Shown here: positions 42,245 to 52,547 of the stretch, in pieces
How positions within the stretch are numbered: the stretch's first letter is position 1
Layout: each line of letters starts with the position of its first letter
DNA from: Candidatus Marinacidobacterales bacterium
GTDB taxonomy: Bacteria > Acidobacteriota > Vicinamibacteria > Marinacidobacterales > DATDRI01
DNA: 64,000 bases
Reading direction: 5' to 3'
Assembly (NCBI GenBank): GCA_965219415.1
Contig: CBDCNP010000002.1
Span: 3,328,001 to 3,392,000 of the forward strand
Notes under the pieces: model-generated
Told to the model about the DNA's origin: nothing
Seen by the model: the letters and a program-made list of their open reading frames with translations, nothing else
Databases searched by the model: none
Program-made: the position numbers and the translations under genes

Positions 42245-43420
42245 CAAGCTGTGCCGGGATATGCCGAACAAGGCGGTGGCCGAGATGGAACGTCTGCACC
42301 ACGGTACGGTGAAGGCTCTGGATACGCTCTACATGCAAGAGCAGGTCGACCGGGCGGGGCTACCGGCGCCTCGGGCCATCGGTGTCGATGAGATCTCCAT
42401 CCGCAAGGGACATAACTATCGCGTCATTGTCAGCGACTTGGAGCGGGCGCGTCCCATCTGGGTGGGCGGTGAGGGTCGCAAAGAAACCGACATCGATTTG
42501 TTCTTCAAGGCGCTGGGCGGAAAGAAAAGCGCCCGTATCAAGCTGGCCGCCATGGATATGTGGAAGCCCTTCCGGAACTCGGTGATTCACAACGCGCCTA
42601 ATGCGCGGATCATCTCCGACAAGTTTCATATCATGCGTCATCTGTCAAAGGCCCTCGATGAGGTCCGGCGCGGTGAGTACAAACGCCTCAGCGGCAAGGA
42701 CCGGTCGTACATCAAGGGGCAGCGTTACACTTTGCTTTCCCGGCGGGAGAACCTGAGCCTAGACGGTCGCCGCGCACTCAAAAAGTTGCTCCAGGCCAAC
42801 CGGCGCCTGAACACCGCCTATATTTTGAAGGAGGCCTTCGGGCAACTCTGGGATTACCGCACCGAACGCGGCGCTCGCGCCTTTTTCACCCGTTGGAAAG
42901 ACAGCCTCAAATGGCAACGCCTGCATCCGTACCAGAAGTTCGCCGGTATGATTGAGTCCCATTGGGATGGTATCGCCTCCTACTGTCATCCGGAGAACAA
43001 AGTCAGTCTCGGCCTAGTTGAAGGGGTCAACAACAAAATCCGTGTTCTGCAACGACGCGCCTACGGCTATCGCGACGAGGAATATCTCAAGCTGAAGATC
43101 GTGGCGGCTTTCCTTCCGCTATTACCCAGAAATGCAGTTTTCAACCCACACGAATCCGCGTAGACCCCGAAAAGCAAGTACGGATTCCACTGCGCGGCCC
43201 AGTAACTGAAACCACCCAGAAACATCGCGGCCAGCCCCAAAAGCGTCAGATGATCGGAGTTCACCCAAGACGGCGCGCGGCGAGCCAACCAGACCAGGGC
43301 CCGTTTCTCGACTCCAGCGGTCAGGCTTGTGTTCTCTCGGGAATGACCGACGTTTGTTTCCTTCATTCCTGTCCTCCTTCTCTGCGGCCGGGCGAAGATG
43401 CCGCGTCCAGCCGAGTAGAT

Positions 43421-43436
43421 TGCAATGGGCATACCA
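43421..43436 (-). promoter_or_regulatory. Candidate sigma54 promoter for the CDP-alcohol transferase operon
   Basis: Minus strand TGGTATGCCCATTGCA (GG-N10-GC), about 55 bp above the ATG at 43366. Confidence 0.65.
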
Positions 43437-43543
43437 CCTAGCGGCCCTTGGCGCACTTAGCACGCCGATCCACTAATTCCCTTCAACAGTAGGGGATTGG
43501 CGCGCTAACCTGGAATCGCCGAACGGTGGGAGAAAACCGGAGA

Positions 43544-43573
43544 CTATCCGATCAGATAGAGGCCTATCCGATC
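43544..43573. promoter_or_regulatory. Tandem 10-bp direct repeat, candidate activator-binding site
   Basis: CTATCCGATC at 43544 and 43564, 110-140 bp upstream of the sigma54 motif. Confidence 0.45.
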
Positions 43574-43576
43574 CAC

Positions 43577-45790
43577 CTACTCGCCGTCCTTTTCATTGGA
43601 CGCCTTACCCAAACTGCGCTGGATGGGTAGCAAAGCTTTTTCGAGGGACTCCCTCGGCACCGACTCCACATACGTCCGAAGCATCCACGCAAGGCCGGAA
43701 GGTATACCTCGACTCAAGCTCACCGATTCGCACTCGACCATGGGGATGTCCCGGCCGCTGTTGAATTTGGTCGGGTAGCGGCGGCACCTGTGAATACTCT
43801 TAGGCAGCAAACTCATCGCTGTCAAGAGATTTCTGTTTGCTTCTAAGCGCGTGAACGAAAGCGCCCATATGGCGATAGCCTTTGATACGCCGGAACTTTT
43901 TCTGCGCGGTGACGACGCCAAGAGCGGTCCATCGGCGAACCATGGAAGGACTCTTCCAACGCTTGAGGTTTCTCGATACTCTGCGAATGGTTCCGTTGAG
44001 ATTCTCAATGGCGTTCGTCGTGGCAAGAGACTGGCGAAGTAAGGCGGGCAGCGCGAGCTTCACGACCGTGAGTGTCTCTTCCATCCCTTCACGAAGGCTT
44101 CCGGCAGCTTCGTCGTAGCCGTTTCGCTCGAGCCACGACACCAATGCCTGAAGTCGCTTGCGCGCCTTGTCGGCACTCTTGCACTTGTAGGCTTCCTTCA
44201 TCGTCTGGAGTACGTAGGCGTGACGAGACTTGGGAAGGTACGAGCGAAGATTCCGGAGTTTATGGGATCTGGCACCTTTGGATGACCGCGAGGTCCCCCA
44301 AAACGTCGACGAGTGCCTTGCGGATGCCTTTGCCTCCGTCCACTACGCAGAGAATCGACTCATCGACGCGCAAGCCCCGCTCGAGAAGGTCCTGCAACAT
44401 CGCGGTGCACACCCGAGAGTTCTCCGTCGAGCCCAGCCATATACCCAGGGGCACCTTCGTTCCATCTATTGTGATACCTAGAGTTACGACGACGGTCTGT
44501 CCGGCCACCTCAAGGCCATCCAGCATCAGTGCCGCAAGCTCGAACTCCTCTAGCCGCCGAGACAGGTATTCCTCGAGCTTCTTAGTCGTCTGGCTCACGA
44601 GGTGACGGCTGGCGGCACTCTTACTCGTGCCACGAGACTTCAACTTGGCCGCGGGTTTGTTCAGACTCGATTCGTAATTTCGGGTCGATACCCCCACCAA
44701 GATCTGATTCAACACTCGCTCTGGAAGCGGGTCTTCTTCGCGGAAGGCTTCGAAGTGTGGAAGCGACGCCTCCTCGCCCGACTTCGAGCGAACTCGAGGT
44801 CGCGACACTTGGATGCGACGACCACCGAAGCTCAGCTCTCCGTTCGTGCTCCCCCAGTGGGTTATGAGTTCGCTCCTTCTCGTGCTTGCCCTTGAGCCCC
44901 GCGATCTCCTCGGCGTCCTCTCTGAGCAGTAGGTGCAGAGCTGTCAGTCCTTGCTCGTACACCCATTCCGTCAGTTCCGCCTTCGTGGCCGCGATCCCAG
45001 CTATCATCGGTAGCAGTATCTGACCGACTTGGCCAACTACCTTGCCCGTAGACGAGTGCGTTTGCTTTCTTACTGGCTTCTTTGATTTCCTAGGCATTGG
45101 TGGCTCCTTGTCCCCCTCTGGAGACGGTTTATTGGCAGACCTATTCTTAGGCCGGCCAAGGAGCCGCCGCTACCCCAAATTCAACATCCGGCGGGACATC
45201 CCCTCGACCATAACGCCGTCGGGTAGCTCCTCGAATCGCCAGTAGGAATTCAACTTCCAGAGGAAGCCGCTGTCCTGTCCGGGTAACCTCTCCCGCTCTC
45301 GGGGCGTTCCGGGATCTTCGAGCTCGGCGATTCGAGTCGACTCACTCTTACTAGCAGCCCGCGTCGGTCCGTAGTTTGCGTAGACCACGAGGTGTTCGGT
45401 GTTGTACTGGACGGTAATGACCTTCTTGCGTCTCAATTTGAGGAAGACACTGAAGATATCTTCTTCGCGGGACAGCAGTCGTGACTCGACAACCTCGTCG
45501 AAGTAATCCGAGTGCTGATCGTAGCTCTGCTCCCACGCGACGACGTCCCCTAGCGCCGCTCCGGGCACGAAGACGGATCCATACCAGTGATGGATCATGC
45601 CGTCCGGAACCTCGACCCTCCGACCTTCCTCGTTGCGAGTCTCCATTTTCAAAACGAAGACCTCTCCAGAAAGCGCCACCTCCCGGGCCCGGCTTGCATC
45701 GGCGGGCGGCAAGAAATCCATCACCAAGAACTCTTCTCCGCCCGCAAGCTCCTCGGCAATTCTTTGCTCGGTCAGCTCCACGTAGGCGTC
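43577..45790 (-). pseudogene. START/SRPBCC-like protein (paralog B), split by IS256, N-terminus deleted
   Basis: [10 protein letters not shown]...IHHWYG...YNTEH...GFLWKLNSYWRF...GVMVE rejoins CESVSLSRGIP across the IS. Confidence 0.82.
43742..45203 (-). mobile_element. Second, distinct IS256-family element with frameshifted transposase (45097-43800)
   Basis: About 40-bp IRs GGGGATGTCCCG...TGTTGAATTTGG...GGTAGCGGCGGC; 8-bp DR TCGACCAT; VSTRNY, LDG, VDG, QRC and TTNAIEN motifs over three frames. Confidence 0.9.
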
Positions 45791-46590
45791 CGTCGGGCGC
45801 GAAAGCCGCTGGTGAAGATAGATTGCGCGACCCTGACGGAAAACCTCCTGGAAAGTGAGCTCTTCGGACACGAGAGGGGAGCCTTTACGGGAGCCATCGC
45901 TCAGAAGAAGGGCAAGCTAGAAATTGCCAACGGGGGAACAGCTTTCTTGGATGAGATTGGCGAACTTCCCGCCCTTCTCCAAGTGAAGTTGCTACGGGTG
46001 CTGCAGGATCGCGAGTTCGACCGGGTGGGTGGTACGCGACCATTCGAGTGGACATCCGGCTCGTCGCCGCCACCAACCGCGATCTGGCGGAGGAAGTAAA
46101 GAAGGGGGCCTTCCGTGAAGATCTCTTCCATCGCCTCAACGTCGTGGCCATCACGCTGCCGCCCCTTCGCGAGCGTCGCGAAGACATCGCGACGCTTGCA
46201 AGCTATTTCACATCGAAGTACAGCGGGAAAACGAAGCGACGGGTTACCGGCCTCTCGACCGAAGCGGTAAAGATGTTGGAACGCTATCGTTGGCCGGGCA
46301 ACATCAGAGAACTGGAAAACGCCATTGAACGCTCGGTCGTCCTAGGCTCGACCGATGTGATCTTGCCGGAGGACTTGCCGGAAACGCTGACCGAAACTGG
46401 TCCCCAGCCGGTACTTCCCTGACGAAGTACCACGATGCGATCAGCGAGAAGAAAAAGGAATTGATCATTCGAGGCGGTCAAACAATCTGGCGGTAATTAC
46501 ACCGAAGCCGCAAAATTCCTCGGGCTTCATCCCAACTACCTTCATCGTCTCATCCGCAACCTGGACATCAAAGCAGAGCTCAAGAATTGA
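45790..46590 (+). pseudogene. sigma54-dependent enhancer-binding protein (AAA+ and Fis HTH), 5'-truncated and frameshifted
   Basis: [58 protein letters not shown]; Walker A missing. Confidence 0.9.
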
Positions 46591-46714
46591 GGGCCAGCCA
46601 GGCCCTCGGCAGCTGAGAGGTCGAGGGTGTGGTGCCAGCGAGTTCCCCCGACGAAGCCGTCAGAGTGATTCTCCACGCGGCTGAGTCGAGCGGCCGCTAG
46701 GGCGCGCCCGGGCA

Positions 46715-46829
46715 GGAGGAATTGCGTTACGAAGGACAACGCGCAAGGGAACCTGCCTGTGGTTTCGGGCGCGAGCGAAGAGCTAGCCAGGCGGCGGTGG
46801 GGGCCCGCGCGCAGTAAGTAATTTCCTCC
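46715..46829. repeat. ~115-nt structured dispersed repeat, copy A
   Basis: GGAGGAATTGCGTT...GCGCAAGG...GAGCGAAGAGC...GGGCCCGCGCGCA.TAAGTAATTTCC; aligns with 57620-57736. Confidence 0.8.
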
Positions 46830-47053
46830 GCACCGCAACCCTCGAAGTTGCCGCTCAAAGCCAAAATCAAGGGAACTTAGGGGCCTTGGACTGCACTAAG
46901 GAAGTGACAGCCCTCGGAGCGGCGGAACTCCCCCAGCTGGCTTAATCCAGCACCGATTGCTCCCCTGCCGACGGAGCCCGCGCAAGCCTTACCGAGCGAA
47001 GGGCGGCCGCAGCAAGGCCGGCTTAGGTGAGGCAAACAAGAGTGAGAGAGCAC

Positions 47054-50000
47054 ATGCGAGTGGACATTCCGGAGTACCTGCTTCTTTCCATGTTCCTGTC
47101 GGTAGCGAGCGTGTCCGCGGGCGCGCCGTCGAAAGCTGGTCCTTACTGTGATCCGAGGGACGATTCACCCCGTTACGTCTTGGTACAGGGAGGCGTCGAC
47201 ACCCTCGACCCGGTCTTGATTACCAATCGTTCTGGCAGAAGCCTCTGGGTCGACTACTTCATTACTCCTGGCACTACCACAGAGGGTGAAGACATCTTGC
47301 TCGGGCTCGACCTTCCCCCCGCACTGCTCCAAGACGGCGATTCGTTGCCGCTCGTTGGTTTCGTGGCAAGAGCCGAGCCGTTGCCGAGGAACGACTTTCA
47401 CGAGATCTTAGAGATCTTCGCGCGCGTCGCCGCCTATGAGTCACAGCCGGGAGACAACCTCGAGGACACCTTGTTTCTCTACGGTCTGGACGGCCTGGGT
47501 TATGTCGTGAGCCGGTTCCATAGTGGTCCGGGAGACTTTCAGGGGCTGGGCTTGACCTCCGACGAGACGTTTACGTTGCGTGTCGAATGGCGCCTGGCCA
47601 ACGGTGGACCGGGCGGTGACCTCTGCTTTTGGGAGGACCGGGTGATCACGGTTCGCGACCTCGATCGGCCACCGGTGCTCGCGTTGCGAGGCACCGAGCC
47701 CGCCAAAATTCAAGACCTCTTTACTGACTTCGACCCGAGCGGCGTCGGCTGGGGTCAATTCAATGCGAGCCGGTTCCTGATGGAGAGGTGGCTCGATGAA
47801 TTCCGGAGTCCGGAAGAGTCTCTCCAGGTCAAGCATCACATCACCGGACATAGCTTAGGCGACGCTCTCGCGCAATGGATCGCAGCCTACTACACGCAGT
47901 CGCTCTTCGAAGGCTCGTTAGGCGATATCGTTACTTTCAACACCCCTGGCATCTCCCGTGACGGGGCCTCCCGGTTCGATCGGTTCAGGGCGGAGGCGGT
48001 TACGCACTACATCACGTCGGCGGATCTCGCCAGCCTCGCCGGTGAAGCCTTCTTGCCTCCGACCGACAAGCAGCGCAACCTGCAAAACCACAATCCTGCG
48101 TGGGTGAAGTCGTCTTATCTTTCCACTTACGAATCCATCTTGGGGGCCGACCGCGCCGACTTCAAGCACTCGGCGCCGGTCATTGCGCCGATCGTCTACG
48201 GCGATCCTCCGCGGGTCAATCAAGTGGACAGCGCGGTCCCATTCCCTACGGTCGACGATTTGAGCGGCGATCTCTTTAGCTACAGCTTTCCGGAGCAGCT
48301 CGTGCCTCCGCAGCAGCCGGATCCGGACTACTTCGCCTTTCAGCTTTGGGTTGCCGAAACACTCGCGCCCTACGTCACGACGCCGGTCGGAGCCCTGATA
48401 GCGGCTCAGCTTTCATTTCGAGCATCGGTGGAGTTGAATCGACAGCAGATCGGCACGCTGCTGTTCGATCCCGGGATAAACTTCCTACCAAGTCCCCCGA
48501 ATCGACTTCATCCAGCAAAAACTTAGGCTGCTGGGTCCTACGGCGTGGGCGGCGATCTACATCATGACGAGAAACAAGGTCGCCCCCAACCAACAGTTTC
48601 AGAAACTGCCGGATGGCATCCTACCGATTCAGCCAACCAGGCGACGCGCGCTCGAGCGGGCGCAGCGCCAGGCGCAAGCGCCGAAACCTACCGTCGCCCA
48701 TGATTTTTGGGAAGCAGCGACACAATGGCCAGAGGCCGCCTGGCAGGTCATGGATCAATGGCCTGACTATGCCTGGGAGGCGATGGAGAGCTGGGGCACC
48801 GGGCAGTGGACGGCTACGCTGGCGGAAGACTTCCCCTGGAGCCAGACGCCAAACTGGACTCCAGAGCACTGGAACCTGGAACCCATACCGGGCCGGGTGG
48901 TCAGAGGCATCGTTTGGGATGATTCGCTCGATGGGGATGGCCTCTACGATTTCCCCTTCGAGTCCACGTTGGTAGGCCGGAACGTCTATCTAGACGTCAA
49001 CGGGAACCAAGCTATGGATGCTGGCGACCTCATCTCGGTCACCAATGCCCAAGGCGAGTACGAGCTTTACGCCCCGACCCTAAATGGGGTTCCGTCGCTT
49101 CTGGACGGTTCCTATACGGTGACTCAGCTCTCGAACGACCCGGGCTGGCAAATCACGTCACCGGCCGGCGGGAGTTACGTTGTGCTCTTCGACCAACCGG
49201 TCCAGGTTTACGATGGCTTCGATTTCGGCAACCAGTGCGTTAACAACTGTCTCGACGAAGACGACACCTTCGTCCTCACAACGAGCATGCATTCATCAAG
49301 ACCTTTACCGGGTTCACCCGGGCCGAGGACGCGCCCTGGGAGGTCCAAAAGGACACCCAAATTCCGGTCTCTGACTTCGTTTGCGGTGTCGTGGGGTTTT
49401 CAGCCTTCGGGGGCGATTTCTTCGACTGGGATCTTAGTGGATTTGGGGTTCCCGCAGCGGATTTCCCCATCGTACGAGCCTATGTCGAGCCGACCTATGG
49501 AACTTGGCGTATTCATTCGGACGTCAGGACGGGAGATCGAAGTCTTCAGATTCCCGCAACCGAATACAAATACCGGCTCGATACGCGACAGGAGAACTGG
49601 CAAGAGGTCAAGGTTCTCTGTATCAGCGCGGCGCTCGCGGCGGCTAATGGGCCAGAGCCAATGAAGCCGATCTTTCGGCAGCGATTTTCTTTGAACGGCC
49701 AGGCCGGCACCACCCTCAATACCCAAATCCTCGTCCGGGATTACAGCTGTGGCGCCATCGGTATGAACACCCATGGTGGAGATCCTCAGGAGAACGGCAG
49801 CGGAGACATTATCCGGCTTTATCTCCGCCCCGAGAATCCCGGAGGTCTGGCTCGATGGATCATAGTGGCCGACTTTAGAAGTCACAATCAACACGAGAAT
49901 TGGGATATCGATGTCCTCTGTGTGAGCAACGATCTAACCTCACGGGGTGATGTCGTGCCTTGGAAACCGTTTCTAATTCAAGACCTACCCCGCAACGAAG

Positions 50001-51946
50001 GGACCTACTTTGCCGGCGGCGGCGTGCCGTACGACACCGGAATCCCTTTCAGTGAATACGGCTGCGGTATCGTAGGTATGTATGGACACGATGGGGACAT
50101 CGATGAGGGAAATAAGGGGCGGGATGAACGGCTCTTCTTGATGCAAGCGGCAGTCCATAACGGTACCTGGCACGTCGAGGCCGATTTCCGAAGCCACAAC
50201 AAACACGAAGACTGGCGGGCCACCATCCTCTGTGCCCAAAGAGGTCATTGGAGCGTACCACTCGTGGACTTCGTCGCACCCGCGTCCGGCCCGGAGTCGG
50301 GAGGGGCTCCGGTAAAGCTCAGCGGACGAAACTTCGAGGTCGAGGGGTTTACTGTAACTGAAGTGACGTTCGGCGATCATGCCGCTTCCTCCTTCACCGT
50401 GGTGGACGACCGCCGAATCGACGCGGTTTCGCCAACCGTACCTGTTGGCACCGGGGCCGTCCACGTGAGAGTTGGAAACGTTTCCGGTCTCAGTGAAACC
50501 CACGACTCCAACGAATACGTATTTCTCCCAGTGAATCCGGGAGCGCCCAACGTGGGCGGGCTCTTGCCCAAACGCGGCCCTAGGGTCGGAACGACGGCGG
50601 TCGTGATTACAGGAACAAGGTTCAGCCAGCCGCCGGTGACTTCGGTGACCTTCGGTGGAGTCCATGCATTGGACTTTTCGGTTTTGGGTGATACCCAGAT
50701 CGTGGCTCTCTCGCCACCGGGTCAAGGCACGGTCGACGTCCTTGTCGCCAATGCCGACGGGAGCTCGATGAACACAGGGGCGGACGACTTCACATACGTC
50801 ACCGTCAGGGGGGGAGGCTTCGATCGTCGCGCGAACTTTTCCGCCAACGAAGAACCACGGGGTATCACTCACGGCGACTTCGACGGTGACGGGAAAGTGG
50901 ACATCGCCACCGCCGACACCGGAAGCAGTACCGTCCCCGTGCTCCGCAATGTGGGGGTTGGGGCGAACATCGCCTTTGCCGACAAGCTGAATTGGGAGGC
51001 CGGTAGCAACCCTTGGGACATCACCGCGGCAGACTTCGACGGTGACGGCAAAGTGGATCTAGTCACATCCAACCTCGGGGGGCAGGACGCGCTCTCGGTG
51101 TTCAGAAACACCTCCACCGGGCCTGGCGCCATCTCCTTCGAGCCGAGAGTCGATTTCGAGAGCTTCGGTTACGCCCCTCGCACGGTTACGGTTGGTGACT
51201 TCGACGGTGACGGGAGAACGGATCTCGCTACCGTGGACGGGTTCTACTACAACCTAGTGGTACTGCGAAACGCATCCCCGAGTGTAGGTGTGATCGACTT
51301 CGACTTGCCGATTGCTGTCGAATCGAACGCGGTGCCATTCGGAGTCGTCGCCGCCGACTTCGACGCCGACGGGATGACCGATCTCGCGACGTCAGACTGG
51401 GGCAGCTCGACCCTTTCCGTCTACCTGAATGCATCGGGGGGGTTGGGGCAGATCGCTTTCACCAGGCGAGACAGCTACCTCGTGGGTGGCGGGCCGACCG
51501 GCGTGACGGCTGGCGACTTCGACGGAGACGATCAGTTGGATCTTGCCAGCGCTGTCCAAGGCAGCGACTCCCTTTCCGTGATTCGCAATGTTTCCACAGC
51601 CGGAATTTCCAGCTTCGAGCCGGCGATAAGCTTCTCGACCGGTGAAAGAGCACAGGACGCCGCGGTCGGCGACTTCAATTTCGACGGCAAGCTGGATCTA
51701 GCCAGCGCCGACGAGGATAGTGACAGTGTCTCAATACTCTTCAACCGCTCGGCTGGCGCGGGGGACATCGACTTCAGCTCTCGCCAGAGTTATTTGACCG
51801 GGGACGCGCCCACTGGAATCACCGCTGCCGACTTCAACGGCGACGGTTTGCTGGACATCGCGGTCACGAACTCGACTGCGGGCACGGTGGCGGTCTTTCG
51901 AAACGGAGTCCCACGCGAAGATCGAGGAGATGACAATCCCAACTAG
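47054..51946 (+). pseudogene. Large exported protein: lipase-like alpha/beta hydrolase, SdrD-B-like, 3x unknown repeat, 2 IPT/TIG and FG-GAP repeats; two probable frameshifts
   Basis: Signal peptide; TGHSLG and FNTPG; GIVWDD...VYLDVNGN...TNAQGEY; GDFDGDG repeats; open frames overlap near 48485 and 49270. Confidence 0.75.
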
Positions 51947-52021
51947 CTCGTTGATGTTTCAGAGCGGTGGCGCATCCGTTCGGTGGAGGCTCGCGTCAAC
52001 GGCACCTGCTAGAATGCTGCC

Positions 52022-52426
52022 GTGGATGCACAACCATCCAAACGCGTCTTCTCCGGCGCCCCCTGGGAGTCGAAGGTCGGATATTGCCGTGCCGTGAAGG
52101 CGGGAGCTCAAATTTTCATTTCCGGCACCGCGCCGGTCGATGACGAAGGTGAGGTGTTCGCCGTGGGTGACGCCTACGCCCAGGCCAAGAGGTGCCTCGA
52201 GATCGTGGACAAGGCGCTCCAAGAGCTCAGCGTGAGCCGCGCCGCGGTGGTCCGCACTCGAATGTTCGTAACCGATATCGGTCGTTGGGAAGAATACGGC
52301 CGGGCCCACCGAGAGTTCTTCGCCGAGCATCCACCCGCGACTTCCATGGTAGAGGTCCGTTCTCTCATCCATGAAGACATGCTGATCGAAATAGAAGTGG
52401 ACGCGATCCAAAGCGGTTCCGACTAA
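52022..52426 (+). CDS. RidA/YjgF family protein
   Basis: SGAPWESKVGYCRAV, SGTAP, RTRMFVTD, IEIEVDA. Confidence 0.9.
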   Translation: MDAQPSKRVFSGAPWESKVGYCRAVKAGAQIFISGTAPVDDEGEVFAVGDAYAQAKRCLEIVDKALQELSVSRAAVVRTRMFVTDIGRWEEYGRAHREFFAEHPPATSMVEVRSLIHEDMLIEIEVDAIQSGSD

Positions 52427-52441
52427 TATCGCCTAGCCCGA

Positions 52442-52524
52442 CCCCCTCACCCGACGCCTGGCTGCCTTGATTGATAGCTCCTCCCTATTTTGGCGTCCGC
52501 AGTCTCCCCCAACGGGGGCGAGGG
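52442..52524. repeat. REP-like palindromic element between convergent genes
   Basis: CCCCCTCACCC...CTCCCCCAACGGGGGCGAGGG. Confidence 0.5.
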
Positions 52525-52547
52525 AATAAAGGAACAAGAGCTTCACA

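Larger units (their letters stand above)
40375..43167 (+). mobile_element. ISL3-family element, copy 2, carrying a nested IS256
   Basis: Same 24-bp IRs as copy 1; perfect 8-bp DR CGAAAAGC (40367-40374, 43168-43175). Confidence 0.95.
39891..43366 (-). pseudogene. CDP-alcohol phosphatidyltransferase family protein, split by ISL3 copy 2
   Basis: N-terminus MKETN...DHLTLLG...NPYLLF rejoins GVVIALVLNWLGDSLDGTLARVRDRQRPRYGFYVDHVVD (family signature). Confidence 0.9.

Noticed and set aside
37352-43167. Composite transposon or inversion formed by the two inverted ISL3 copies
   Set aside because: Each copy has its own DR, and the interrupted genes rejoin in the original order and orientation
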